Positions 20,620 through 31,941 of a stretch of 54,234 nt of DNA are shown in pieces; the stretch's first letter is position 1; each line of letters opens with the position of its first letter. Position numbers and translations under genes: made by a program. Where the stretch lies: NCBI GenBank assembly GCA_001662655.1, contig KV460265.1; one strand, 5' to 3'. This DNA is from Pseudogymnoascus verrucosus. Its lineage: Eukaryota. The notes below the pieces were generated by a model that worked only from the letters and a program-made list of their open reading frames with translations, was not told where the DNA came from and did not search any database.

Positions 20620-23600
20620 TGTAAACAATAGGCGGGAGATTTCTACGTGTACCTCTATAGTTACTACTTCCATTGTAGTTTGTAAAAAGACAGAGTGTAG
20701 CATTAGAGATTGTAGTTGCTGTTATTATAATCTTCATGCTAGACGGTCTTGATTCTGTTAGGCTAAACAGATGGCGAAACTCAAACTTTTCTTATAGTGC
20801 TTCTTCTAAGAGCATAGCATCGTATAGGCTATTAGCAAAATATGATATAAGGTACTACTAACATTTCGTAATCGTAGAACGCAAAACGATCCTTTTGAAA
20901 ACACACATTATAAACTTATGCTAGAAACGGAGACATGTCTTTATGTTCTAGTGCATTATAAAAAGGCTAGCTAGGCTAATAGCTCCTGTTATGTGTTAGT
21001 TATTATAGGATGTTATTTTAAGCTACTAGGTAACAAACCTAAACTTGTCCCTATTCCTAAATCAAAGTGGTCCTATATAGGATAATTAAGTCTAAAGGCA
21101 TCTTGCATTTCATTAAAGAACGTTAGTAAAACTATTCTATAACATCCACCTCTATTAAAGCTAACAACTTATGCATAACATATAGGAGGCATGACTCTTC
21201 CTTAAAAACAAACGCTTTACTAGTAGATAAGGTAGGTATTCTAGGCAAAAGTATAACGTATTTCACGTACGAGTTGGCCGCACGGACGAGTTGGCCACCA
21301 AAACACCAAAACGCGTCAACTTGACAAATGTCAACATGCCACAACCAACACAAGCCCAATCCCCTAATCAAGAGGGTAGAATACTATTAGCTATTCAGGC
21401 ACTAAAGGAACATCAATTTAAGAGCGTCTAAGCTGCTGCATTGTCGTATGACGTGCCACGTAGCACCCTTACTAACAGAATGAATGGAATGACCACCCGA
21501 CGCGACTCCCCCCCTAACTTATAGAAGTTGACTTCGTACGAAGAGTCAGCTCTCGTCTAGTACATCCTTAACCTAGATTCACGTGGATTTCCACCCCGAC
21601 TGCAAGCTATGCAAGAAATAGCAAACCTTCTACTCTCTAAACAAGGCGAGAGCCCTATTAGGATAAACTAGACTACTACCTTCATTAAGCGTCGTACGGA
21701 ACTTAAAGCAAAGTTTAGTTAGAAGTATAATTATAAACGAGCAAAATGCAAAGATCTAAAGATAATTAAAGGGTAGTTCTCCCTTGTACAAAACATAGTT
21801 ACAAAATACGGAATCTTAGAGCAGGATATCTACAACTTTAATGAAGCAGGTTTCATAATGGGAGTTATTACTACTATAAAGGTAGTTATAAGCTTAGAAG
21901 TAAAGAGCTGTCTAAAGACTATATAGCTAGGGAATAGAGAGTAGGTGTTAATTATCTAAGGTATTAATTCGTATAGATAGGCACTCCTGCTATTCATTAT
22001 TTTTAAGGCGTAGAATCACCTCTCTACTTAGTATAAGGACTTAGGATTGCTAAACGACTAGGTAATTACACTAAGTAAGAATAGGTAGACTTTAAATTTA
22101 ATTAGGTATAAGTAGATTTAACACTTTAATTAGCATATAAATGCTTATATAGTTAGAACCTATTACCTTCTTATTCTTAACAGACATAAGAGCTACCTCT
22201 CTACTTAATTTTAGTACTACTACATAGAACAGAAGATAATTACACTCTATATGCTACTACACTCATTATACATTATTTAGCCTCTTAATGTAAGCTGCTT
22301 TACGCTACTAAAGCTTTTATATAGAAAGTAGATTAAAACCTTTATATAGAACTAGCTAAACTACATTATAAAGCTTAAGTTCCTCTCTACATTTAAAGTA
22401 GCATTTAAAGCTACATTTATAGAGTAGAACATTAAGAGCAGATTCTAAGCTATAGGGCTAGTTCCGTACGAGCTATAGAATGTCCTCTCTTACTTAAATC
22501 TACACTTAAGGACTCTAACCCCTCCTATAGTTAAGAGTGGCAATTAGACTTTAAAGACTCCTTAAACTATAAGGGAGCTTAACTTTTAAACAGAGCACAT
22601 TAAGAACTACATCGTACGGCATTAGAACAGCTCTTCTACCTTAATTAATGATTCTATTAGCTACCTTGTTAAAGGGGTAGAAATGATAATGCATTCTGCT
22701 ATTCTACTTAAGGTAGAAGTTAAGGCTCTATAGACTACAAATGAACAGAAAAAGAGGAGGGAAAGGAAGCGCAAGAGGCGTATAATGTAAGGGGGCAGTC
22801 TCTCTATACGAGAGGGAGAGGATATCCTTTAGAGTGCTAAGGTTGATGCTCAACTCCGTACGGAGGTGGCAAGTAAGACTACTTAGCAGGTGGGTTCTAT
22901 AGGCCGATAGCGGCGATGTGGCACATGTGGTAATATAGGGCATAATGCTCGTACGTGCGAGAGGCGCTAGGAATCAATTATAATTAAATAAGGGTTGTTA
23001 TATAGGGTAGTGGTGTAGTAGTATGTAGTAATAGTTAATTTTAGTGTTTTAGTGGCCAACTCGTCCGTGCGGCCAACTCGTACGTGAAATACGTTACTAA
23101 CGAAGCCTATTAAAAATAGCATAATCTTATATCTAAGGGTTCCTATTATGTCTAGATTTAATCTGTTCATTTTATTAGCTTATAAAGTAAATTCTAGAGC
23201 TATATAGCTTATATAACTATCTATAAGGAGAACCTTTGTTAGTGTTTTTAGAGTAGCATTTGTATGTTGCTGCTCTCTAAAATGTTGATATATTTATCTT
23301 AAGAAATTGCTATTATTATAATATCCTAGCTATTAATATTAACTACACTAAATTTCATCCTTATAATAAGTACAATAGATAATGATTTAAGGTGAAAAAA
23401 CTTACAGACAGGACTAAGTTGATTCGCCCTAGTTAACGCCGAATTTTTACCTAACTGTTAAAAAGCTGGTAGGTAACATACGGCTGTTGTAAGAGAAGGA
23501 AGATTATTAATTATAGATTACGGACAAGTCGAGCCCTAGGCTAGGTATAGGGATAGTTACGAAGGTACTAGTTGAACTAGATATAGTTATTACTATGTAA

Positions 23601-23700
23601 TGTCTTTTCTTGGAAGCACTAGGATCGACAGATGAGTTGAAAAAAAGTTGAGATGATTAATGGTACCCTGTAAATCTATAGGGTACAAATTCTTACAATA
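20620..23700. pseudogene. AT/TA-rich RIP-degenerated sequence (unidentified gene or repeat relic) interrupted by the Pot-like transposon
   Basis: Abrupt TpA enrichment on both sides of the transposon. A minus-strand intron-like signal (GTAAGT at about 23405, CTAAC...TAG at about 23221) is present, and a frame stays open across the empty TA site. Confidence 0.5.
21256..23094 (+). mobile_element. Full-length Fot1/Pot2-type (pogo, Tc1/mariner superfamily) DNA transposon inactivated by RIP
   Basis: Perfect 43-bp TIRs (acgtatttcacgtacgagttggccgcacggacgagttggccac at 21256-21298; reverse complement at 23052-23094), TA target duplication (21254-55, 23095-96) and length 1839 bp. The transposase relic reads EGRILLAIQAL...AAALSYDVPRSTL (HTH), DIYNF(N)EAGF and RRCGTCGNIGHNARTC (CCHC), with many TAA/TAG stops. 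Confidence 0.97.
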
Positions 23701-23932
23701 CCGCATGGGATGCTCTTTTTAGAACTGGTTCTGCATAAATCCTAAGAACTTAAAGATTATAATAGATGATAACGAGGTGCGAAATATGCTTAGATTCTGA
23801 TTCCATTAAGAGACTAGATATAAAATGGCTAAAATCGTGTAAATTGACTGATGCATATGTTTCATCGCAACACTATAATTGCATTTAGGGGATTAAACCA
23901 GTATCAACATTCAGAGATCTTAGATAAGTTTC

Positions 23933-25143
23933 TTATAATAGAGGCTCTAATGCCTTAGCGGTCTCTATAACACTCTGTTTGAATGGAATCCACGTGAGCC
24001 CCATTGACTCTTGGGCCTTCTTCGCAGAAGGGCGCGGAAATTCTGGGAGGTAATCGGGCTCAGAAACTTCTCCAGTCTTTTTGTCATAGCCAATGTAACC
24101 CTTTCCAGGGTTACCTACTAGAATCTTTTCTGCAATCTTGGTTCCCCTGTACTTGTAACGCAGGATATCCGCAACTCCCTGCGGCGGTCCATAGGAAGTG
24201 GCGGCAATATACCTCTCCCCATTTGCCTTTTCTGGATTCTCAAAAGCCCAAACGTGCATTGCCGCGACGTCTCTGACGTCTACATATGCGCCGCTTCCAA
24301 TCTGTGCGGGAATCTCAGAGACGGATCCGGAGAGGATGTTGTATATGGGCTGGAGAGTCTCGTTGAGCTTTAATCCACTATCAGGGATGATTATTGGCGG
24401 GCCTATCACCACGCTTGGGTTTATTGTTGAGATTGCAAATGGTGGCTAAAGGGTTGTTAGCACATTGTAGAAAGCCCAATTTGAACTTTCAGTAAATATT
24501 AAAGGCTCACATTTTGCTCATTCTTGAACTTCCACACGGTTCTCTCAGCAGCAGTTTTGCTTGCCGAGTACAAAATTGCTTCTGGAGTCTTTACCCCTTC
24601 GGCCTTATTCTTAGTAGCTACATCTAAGGCAACGTGAGCGAAGTCTTTTTCAGTGAACACGTATCCCGTCTCTGCTGGATAGTTCGTAACTGCAGCAACT
24701 GAAGATGTGACAACCACAGATGATAATTGAGGGCCAGCCTTGAAGGCAGCCTTAAGAATAGTCTCAGTGCCTCTCAAAGCTGGAATGACAGTGGCCTCAT
24801 AGCTGTTAAGGACAAAGCTGATTGGAGATGCAGTGTGTAAAATTCCGTGGACACCTGATTATTGTTAGACAGGACTTTCTCTCTTATTCAGCACGAAATA
24901 CGTACCTTTAGCCGCTTCATCAAATGCTCCACTAACAGTCATATCTGGAATCTCGTAGATCTGGATTCGCTCTTTGTAAGGTGCATATGGGCCTTTTAGA
25001 AGCGGATCTGAAGCTACAGTGCGACGAGTCGTGCCTCGGATGGAGTACCCTTTGCTAAGTAGGAGCTGTCCGAGAACGCTGGCAATGTAGCCATTAATTC
25101 CCGTGATCAGTATAGTTTTTCCATTGCTTGCTGGGAGAGCCAT
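23933..25143 (-). CDS. NAD(P)-dependent epimerase/dehydratase-family aldehyde reductase (Gre2/dihydroflavonol-reductase-like); 3 exons
   Basis: ILITGINGYIA Rossmann motif, HTASP, VVTSSVAAV, YSASKTAAE and YVDVRDVA. Introns 24905-24855 and 24510-24446 have canonical signals. Confidence 0.93.
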
Positions 25144-25427
25144 AGTGAAGTTTTTGAATAATTGACGTATGAGGACGGTGTATGCCAGATGAGTTCCTGT
25201 TTATTTGGACTAGTATACTGAGTAAAGGGGTGCAGGAGAAGTGGATTACAAACGTGGCTCAGTCTCAAGAGTTGCCTCTGTACGCACAGGAAATTCAATC
25301 CGACCAACGTACTTTATACGCGAGGGTGCCACCCGAGCGAGCGCTATATGAGGCTGTAATGAAGCTAGTGTATAGGCCGAATTTTGTGGCAAGGGAGTTA
25401 AATAATTCGCTAACATACATCCTACAC

Positions 25428-25818
25428 GTGGTTGCTGCCACACAACCAGGGTCATATCCCGCATTATCGTGTTCGAGGAGGGTCAAGACTTATCGATTTG
25501 GAATTAGTAAAACTTTTCGCGTTCTTAACTTGCCTTTACTTTGGTTCGTGGCTTAGACTTTAAGCGCTAGTGGGAAACTGTGATGGGAGTTGCCACTTAG
25601 TGATGACATAATTGACCAGGTGCGCTATGACTATAATGTAGCTAATGTATAACATCCTTGCAGGTGGTTGCCGCCAGGCAACCAGGGTCATATCCTGCAT
25701 TATCGTGTTCGAGGAGGTCGAGACTTATTGATTTGGAATTAGTAAAACTTTTCGCGTTCTTAACTTGCCTTTACTTTGGTTCGTGGCGTAGACTTTAAGC
25801 GCTAGTGGAAACTGTGAT
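25428..25818. repeat. Near-identical direct duplication of about 155 bp (25428-25584 and 25664-25818) in the divergent promoter
   Basis: gtggttgc...ccagggtcatatcc...gatttggaattagtaaaacttttcgcgttcttaacttgcctttactttggttcgtggc...aaactgtgat occurs twice, 236 bp apart. Confidence 0.95.
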
Positions 25819-26216
25819 ATCAACAAGAGATATTACGCATTTGTAAGCCGCCCATACTAACACAAGCAGTACAGTACTCATTGATTAGTAGCCAAAAGCC
25901 ATTTCATAATTTGGGTTTCTATATTAGCGTAATACAGGTTTCACATCCGCAGTATGATTGAAAGACGCATTTGCAATCAAGCATCGAGCTAATTGTGCCT
26001 AGACCCTTGTTATTGTCATCAACGCCTGCGACTGAAATGATATAAAGTATCTCAATTTCCGATTCTACACTCGATACAGCAAGTCCACAATAACTGCACC
26101 GGATTCAATAGACACATACTTGCTATAACCCATAGCATATTTTCCAAGAACTTTCAGTACTGTTAAAGTCTCGCCGATACGTCTTATACAACAGCTCTCA
26201 AATCGCATCCTTCAAT

Positions 26217-26899
26217 ATGCTCACCCTTTACTTTCTCCAGTCTTCGAGGGCAATCCGATCCGCATGGCTCCTCGAAGAGCTCAATGTTCCGTATGAGCTA
26301 AAGTTCGCCAACCGCCAGGCAGATGGCACTGTTCCTAAAGAGCTTGGAGTGCCTACAGCAGTTGGAAAGTCCCCGGCAATTCAAGATGGTGACATCATCC
26401 TCGGCGAGTCTGGCGCAATTTCTGAGTGAGTAACAGCTGTATTCCATGGTCTTACATTCAGGCAGCAAGTTAATTTTAATGCAGTTATATTTGTGAACAA
26501 TACGATGCGCAACATCAACTCCTACCTACCGACCCAATTAAGCGCGCCAAGGTCCGTGAATTCATATGGGCCTCTGAAGCCAGCCTCATGCTTCATATTG
26601 AGGTATTCTTTGGTGCCAAAGGCTCTGTCTCGCCAGAGGTTGAGGCAAAGCTACTGAAACCTATCCAAAATGACATGGACTGGCTTGAAAACGCGCTATC
26701 AAGGACCTCGACTAGGTACATTGCTGGGAATGAGGTTACGGCAGCGGATATAATGATGGCCTTCCCCGCACAAGTTATACTTTTTTATAAACTTGGCACA
26801 GAGGGCAAGTCTTGGCCAAAGATTGAGCAGTGGCTCCAGAATTTGGAGGCTGGAGAAGGTTATCAGCGAACTCTGAAACGCACAGGCCATCATCTTTAG
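26217..26899 (+). CDS. Glutathione S-transferase (GTT1-like); intron 26426-26484
   Basis: [25 protein letters not shown]...[12 protein letters not shown] and C-terminal [17 protein letters not shown]. Splicing at GTGAGT...GCAG restores the frame (SDYICEQYD). Confidence 0.93.
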
Positions 26900-27749
26900 T
26901 CGCTATCCAATAATTAGATGATAGGAGAATATTTCCTCAGTACCTTATACATTGTAATTACCGTAACCATGACCAGGGATCCTTGATCGCTTGATTTGGA
27001 GGTACCAACCCATGTGACGACGTCGCCTGAGACAGCATTCCCTGGCCACCATAAGGCTAAAAATATTTTTTCAGCATAGTGGTGAGGCTCGGAAGCCCAG
27101 ATGAAAGTGTTATATAAGTTTGAAAGGCGCAAAGAGGTCATGGTGGTGCTGTAAGTCAAGGGGGTTCTGTTATACTTCGAATTGACACCCTCTGCAATTA
27201 GGCGTGACAGCGACAACGTGATCGTAAATTTTAGAGTAGCTGGGGTTTTGACTGTTTAGGAGTAGTTACATAACATGACTGACAAAAATACTAGAATTTT
27301 CAATGGATTCACAAATTTAGAATCAACTGAATTTAAAGTACTAATAGTTTGTCCTGTCACAGGGTGTCTCTCTTAATGTAGGGATGCACGTTAGTAGCTG
27401 GGTGTAAATTTGTAAGTCAAGCCTTATTAAATCTAGAATTTCTTAGACTAATGGCAGTGAGTTGGGACAGACTCGTGCTGTGTTAGAACTATAAATGTAA
27501 TCAAGGGTTCTTAGAAGAAAGGTGATATAGCGATCACTATATCGAAGCATTACCCTTGAACTTCTAGGCAGCCTTAGCGTAGTTATGCTTAAAACGCTAA
27601 GGCTGCCTAAAGCTTATAAAATAGGGCGACTTTCAGCCTAGTTTTAAAACTCACTATATAATTACAGCTCTAAGTGTACACGTTTCTCAACTTGAAATTT
27701 TGCTAGCGTAAGTTTATTCTAATATAAAATTTTAATGCAGTCTATAAGC

Positions 27750-28865
27750 AGCGCCTCTTGCTCCTCCTTATGCTTATTACAGCTTAGGGTCGTTTCCTTA
27801 GTGCTAATCTATCTGTTAAATCTAAGGGGCGACATTAATAAACGCAGCTATAATTAGAGCTAGATAAAGCTTTAGCCTCACTATAGTCTGCCTAACTAAA
27901 CGTGGCCTTTAAATTCTATCACTCTTTAAACTACTTTATAGGATGAGGAAATCTGCTAATGCTTTGCTGAAATAGCCTGCTATAACACAAGAGTATTAAT
28001 TAGATTCTAAATAGAGATTGTAGCTTTCTTTTAGAAACGACTATAACCCTAGTAGATATTATTAAGGCTAAGCAATCCTAAGGAAACCTTGTTATCTATT
28101 ATAAATTAAGAATAAGGGTATCTAGATGTTATGTTTTACATAAGAGCTTAACTACTAGGACTTTAAGATAGAATAGATCTATAGTACATGTAGATAATAC
28201 CCTTATATACTAGGGGCTCGTTAAGCTTAAAGAAGAAGGAGACTGCTTTAAAGGCCCTAGTAAGCCTATCTATGTTACTTAGGTTGTTTTGTACCTAGTC
28301 CTAGAGGTTAGCTATCTAGTCCACCTTATTAATATTAGGCACCCTGCCTTTTAGCACTATATTAAGGTAGAAATGCTACCCTTTTATGTCTTTTTCTAGC
28401 CTGTGCTAATGATCTTTCTAACTATTACTACTATCTAGTAATAGTAAGGACATAGAAGCTTAATAAAGCTGCGCTATTACACTATCCTAGAAGAGATTCT
28501 AAACATTAGGGGCTTTAGGTAACATTAGCTGCTCCTTAAAACCTATGCCTATAGATAAGACTATGTTATAGTCCTCATCTCTCTATATGTGTTAAACCTC
28601 CTAACGCCCTAGCCTTAAAGGTTATTATACTTTAATCTACTATCTTAGAACGTGCTAAATGCCTCTAGGAACTTAGTTTTATAGTACCTGTTAAAGTTAG
28701 CTATTGTTAAGTAATTTAATTTACGTTAACTAACTAAGGCGCTGCTGTTATACATCGTAGCCTTTTGATAAGTTAGTAGCTATATCTTATATAACGAATA
28801 ATACTAACGCTTCCTAAAGAAGTACTTCATCCGAAGCATTATAGGGGCGGATGTGCTTGCATTCT
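27750..28865 (-). pseudogene. RIP-mutated patatin-like phospholipase gene fragment (C-terminal part)
   Basis: The minus strand reads HIRPYNASDEVLL*EA / LRCITAAP / YYKTKFLEAFSTF*DSRLKYNN...HI*RDED.NIVLSIGIG...VSFFFKLNEP. Reverting C>T and G>A changes gives the patatin motifs WEA-RCTTAAP, FQDGGLKYNNP and VLSIGTG. Two relic introns with GTTAGT donors are present. Confidence 0.8.
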
Positions 28866-30315
28866 GTTCATTCTCGTGTTGCTGAATGGGTCTACGTATG
28901 TAACTCTTCCCCAGGAGAAACCCGAGATTACTATTCCCGGCGCCTGTTTGGCAACTTGCTAGGCACAATAGCCTGTGTATATATAGTATCGCAAAGTGCA
29001 TCAGGGAAGCGATGTTCCTGATGGGGAATTGAGTGGGAATTTAAGCATAGTAGCTGTCTTACTAAATAGACGCGACATGGGTTTCTTTGGTCCAGATGCT
29101 TGCAAATCCAGGGGTTTGATATGGGGTAAGAGAAGAAGAAGACGAATCGGAGATTTTGGGGATATTACAGTAAGAGGCGCTATGATTTGCTGTTTATATG
29201 AGATTTTATTTAGCGAATATGATAATTTGTGTGTGATATTACTTTGGTATAAATTATTTGTATATTAATTGTAGAGGCTACATGATGGGAAATAATCCCA
29301 ACAAATTATATATAGGATAAATAAATAAATATATTGAATATATTAAGATAAAGCGCGAGTAATATATTTGAGAAGCCTGGCAGGCTGAATCCGGGTGAGG
29401 CATTGCTCCTTTGATATCCGTTTTGGGATATTGAAGTCCTAGTAATACGTATACGACAGACAGTCTTTTGAAATTCCGCCGCAACGTCGTATCCATCAAC
29501 ACCTTCCCCTTCATCCCACCACAAACCCCAGTATCACCAACGCCTCATTCTCCCCAGCTCCCAACAGCGAGCACAGCATAAGATATCCACTTCCTGCCCC
29601 AACTTCATTACCAAAGCGAAGCATATAAGTTGAAGAGACAGTAAGCACTACTGTACCCCGTCTCCTCTCCCAAACGCACAGCGGCTAAATCATCCAGCCT
29701 CAAATATACCGCCGATCATCGCCACTCTCGCCCGTCTCCTGACTTCCTCCTCCTCCCATATTGGCAAAGCCATATAAACCCGTCCGACACACCGCATGCT
29801 GACCGCCAGACCAAGGCCCATTCACGCCGAGGGGCACAGCCCCTCGCTAAGCGCGCCGTCTTGCTTCATATACAGTGTTCGATATTATGGCCTTCCGGTG
29901 CCGGGGCACTTTGTTGGGCCATCGTGATACAGTACTACTATTGCTACTTGTATTACTAACGATGCTGCTGGTATGGTCATCTCGCACTACCGTGTTCATT
30001 GGCACGCTGAGGTCTAACCAACCATGGAACTGCTATGAGAGCTCGGCATGCAAATACCCATATTGCAGTCCTCAGTGCCTGGGCGGCATCGGGAATCCTT
30101 TGGGGAACTGGCTGGAAGAAATGACCAGATCTCTGTTCTCCCCCCATAGTTATTTATCACCGAGAAATTTCCCCTCTGTTTTTTAACTCTGCTCCTTTTA
30201 TTTCTCTGCTGCTGGAGGAGTTGACGGTTCTGCAGTGGGAGATCCAGATCACCTACATTTGGCCGGTTGGTTGAGGCACGCGAGCTGCTACTGCTGCTGC
30301 TGCTGCTGCTGGAAG

Positions 30316-31710
30316 ATGCGTGGCACCGTAATTGTCGAGGTAGTAGCTGCTGCGACCTTCGTTTATGTCGTAGCGGCGCAAGAGACGACGTCGCTTTTCC
30401 TGCCCTACTTCGCGCCTGGACATCCATTGCTGGCATCTATCGTTGACGCTGTGAGTGTTATTCCTACTATTTTATAGTCTCATGACATGACTAACATCCA
30501 AGAAGGACCACACCGCAACAACGTACTCTGTCGCCTGCTCCATCCACGAGCCTACTGTCCTCAATGGGTGCCGCGTTCCTATACCTTTCTACCTTACCTC
30601 GGGGCCGACATTCATGCATGCGACAATGTCGTTGCCGTCTACGTATTTACCCTCCTTCGTTCCTTCCCTGCTTCACTCCTTCCCCGCCTTTGCTCTTTCG
30701 CTCTTCGCCCCTTTCCCCATTCCCTCCTCCGCTCTTTTCCCCCTTTTGCTCTAATCCCCCCTCACACCTTCCACCATTCCCTCCTTCGCTCTTGCCCTTT
30801 TTTGCGCTTTCCCTCCCTCGCTACTTCCCTCGTTGCCCCCTTCTCTCATTCCCTCTTTCGCTCTTTCCCTTCTTTACACTTTCCTTCCCTCTTCCTTCGT
30901 TCCTTCCCCACCTTCCTTCTCAACTATCCAACCAACTAACCCCCCCCCCACAGATCCGAAATACGCACCCACACCACAACCCGCCTCTCCATCCCCCTCG
31001 CAAGCGAATACCTCTACCTCTTCCCCGCCTACACCGAAGACGCCTACTGCCACCTCCTCCCCACCTCCGCCTCCTGTCTCGTGACCGCCACCGGTGGCGC
31101 GCTGACAGTGCCTACATTCACGAATAGACGGACGCTGGTGGGGGATGGGTTTTGGGGGGGGTGGAGGGAGGCGGTCGTTACGGATGTTATGCCGAGGAGT
31201 TATGCGTTGGGGGGTGGGGGTGGGAGAGAAGAAGGGAAAGGGAAAGGAAAAAAGGAGAAGGGGGAGGGGGAGGAGAGAGTATGGAAGAAGTCGGTGGTTA
31301 GTGAGATTCCGCAGACGCTGGATGTGGTGGGAGAGAAGGCGGAGGGGGTGAAGACGCCGGCGAGGACGGGGGGAGGTGTGGTACCGAAGGAGACGGGTGG
31401 TGGGGTGGTCGCAGGGGGAGGAGGGATGATGACAACGACCGCTATGCCGGGCTCAGAAATTGCTTCTGGCTCTGCGACTCCTGATGCGGATGTTGAAGTA
31501 GGAGGTGAAGCTGCAATTGGGAGTGGAGAAGCCCATATAGACACCCTCACGACTACGAAGACCGAGTCTCGAGAGATAACAGAAACAAAGATCATAACTG
31601 AGACAGCGGTGGTAACAGAAACTCTCATTGTTACTGAGCTCGCCGTCGTCACTGACACAGGTGTGCGGCGGAGTGATGATCAGAGGAGTGTCAGAAAGGA
31701 GAATTTATGA
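30316..31710 (+). CDS. Putative secreted Thr/Ser/Gly-rich cell-surface protein; introns 30451-30502/30505 and 30643-30953
   Basis: Signal-peptide-like MRGTVIVEVVAAATFVYVVAAQ, then TTSLFLP...LLASIVDA-DHTATTYSVAC. Splice phases are consistent across all three exons. Thr-rich tail. Confidence 0.75.
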
Positions 31711-31941
31711 CATGTGTCTGGAGAGATCGAGCCAAAAACAACTGAGAAACTACACACAATACAATAAATGCGAATACACTACAAATAGATGCATGAAGTG
31801 GAATATGTTCATTCTTGATCTTCCCTATATTCCTTGGCTCTATACTCCATAACCCCTTCTTCTCTAACCTCTACCCATAATTCCTCCCAACCCCCCATCA
31901 CATTACCCGAAAAACACGTACGTAGTATCATAATACCCAAA

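Noticed and set aside
23663..23686. Hairpin gtaccctgta/tatagggtac at the edge of the RIPed region as a Helitron 3' end
   Set aside because: There is no CTRR terminus just downstream and no Rep/helicase relic.
27664..27700. ta-cagctctaagtgtacacg as a possible second transposon TIR
   Set aside because: No inverted partner was found, and the adjacent relic translates as patatin rather than transposase.
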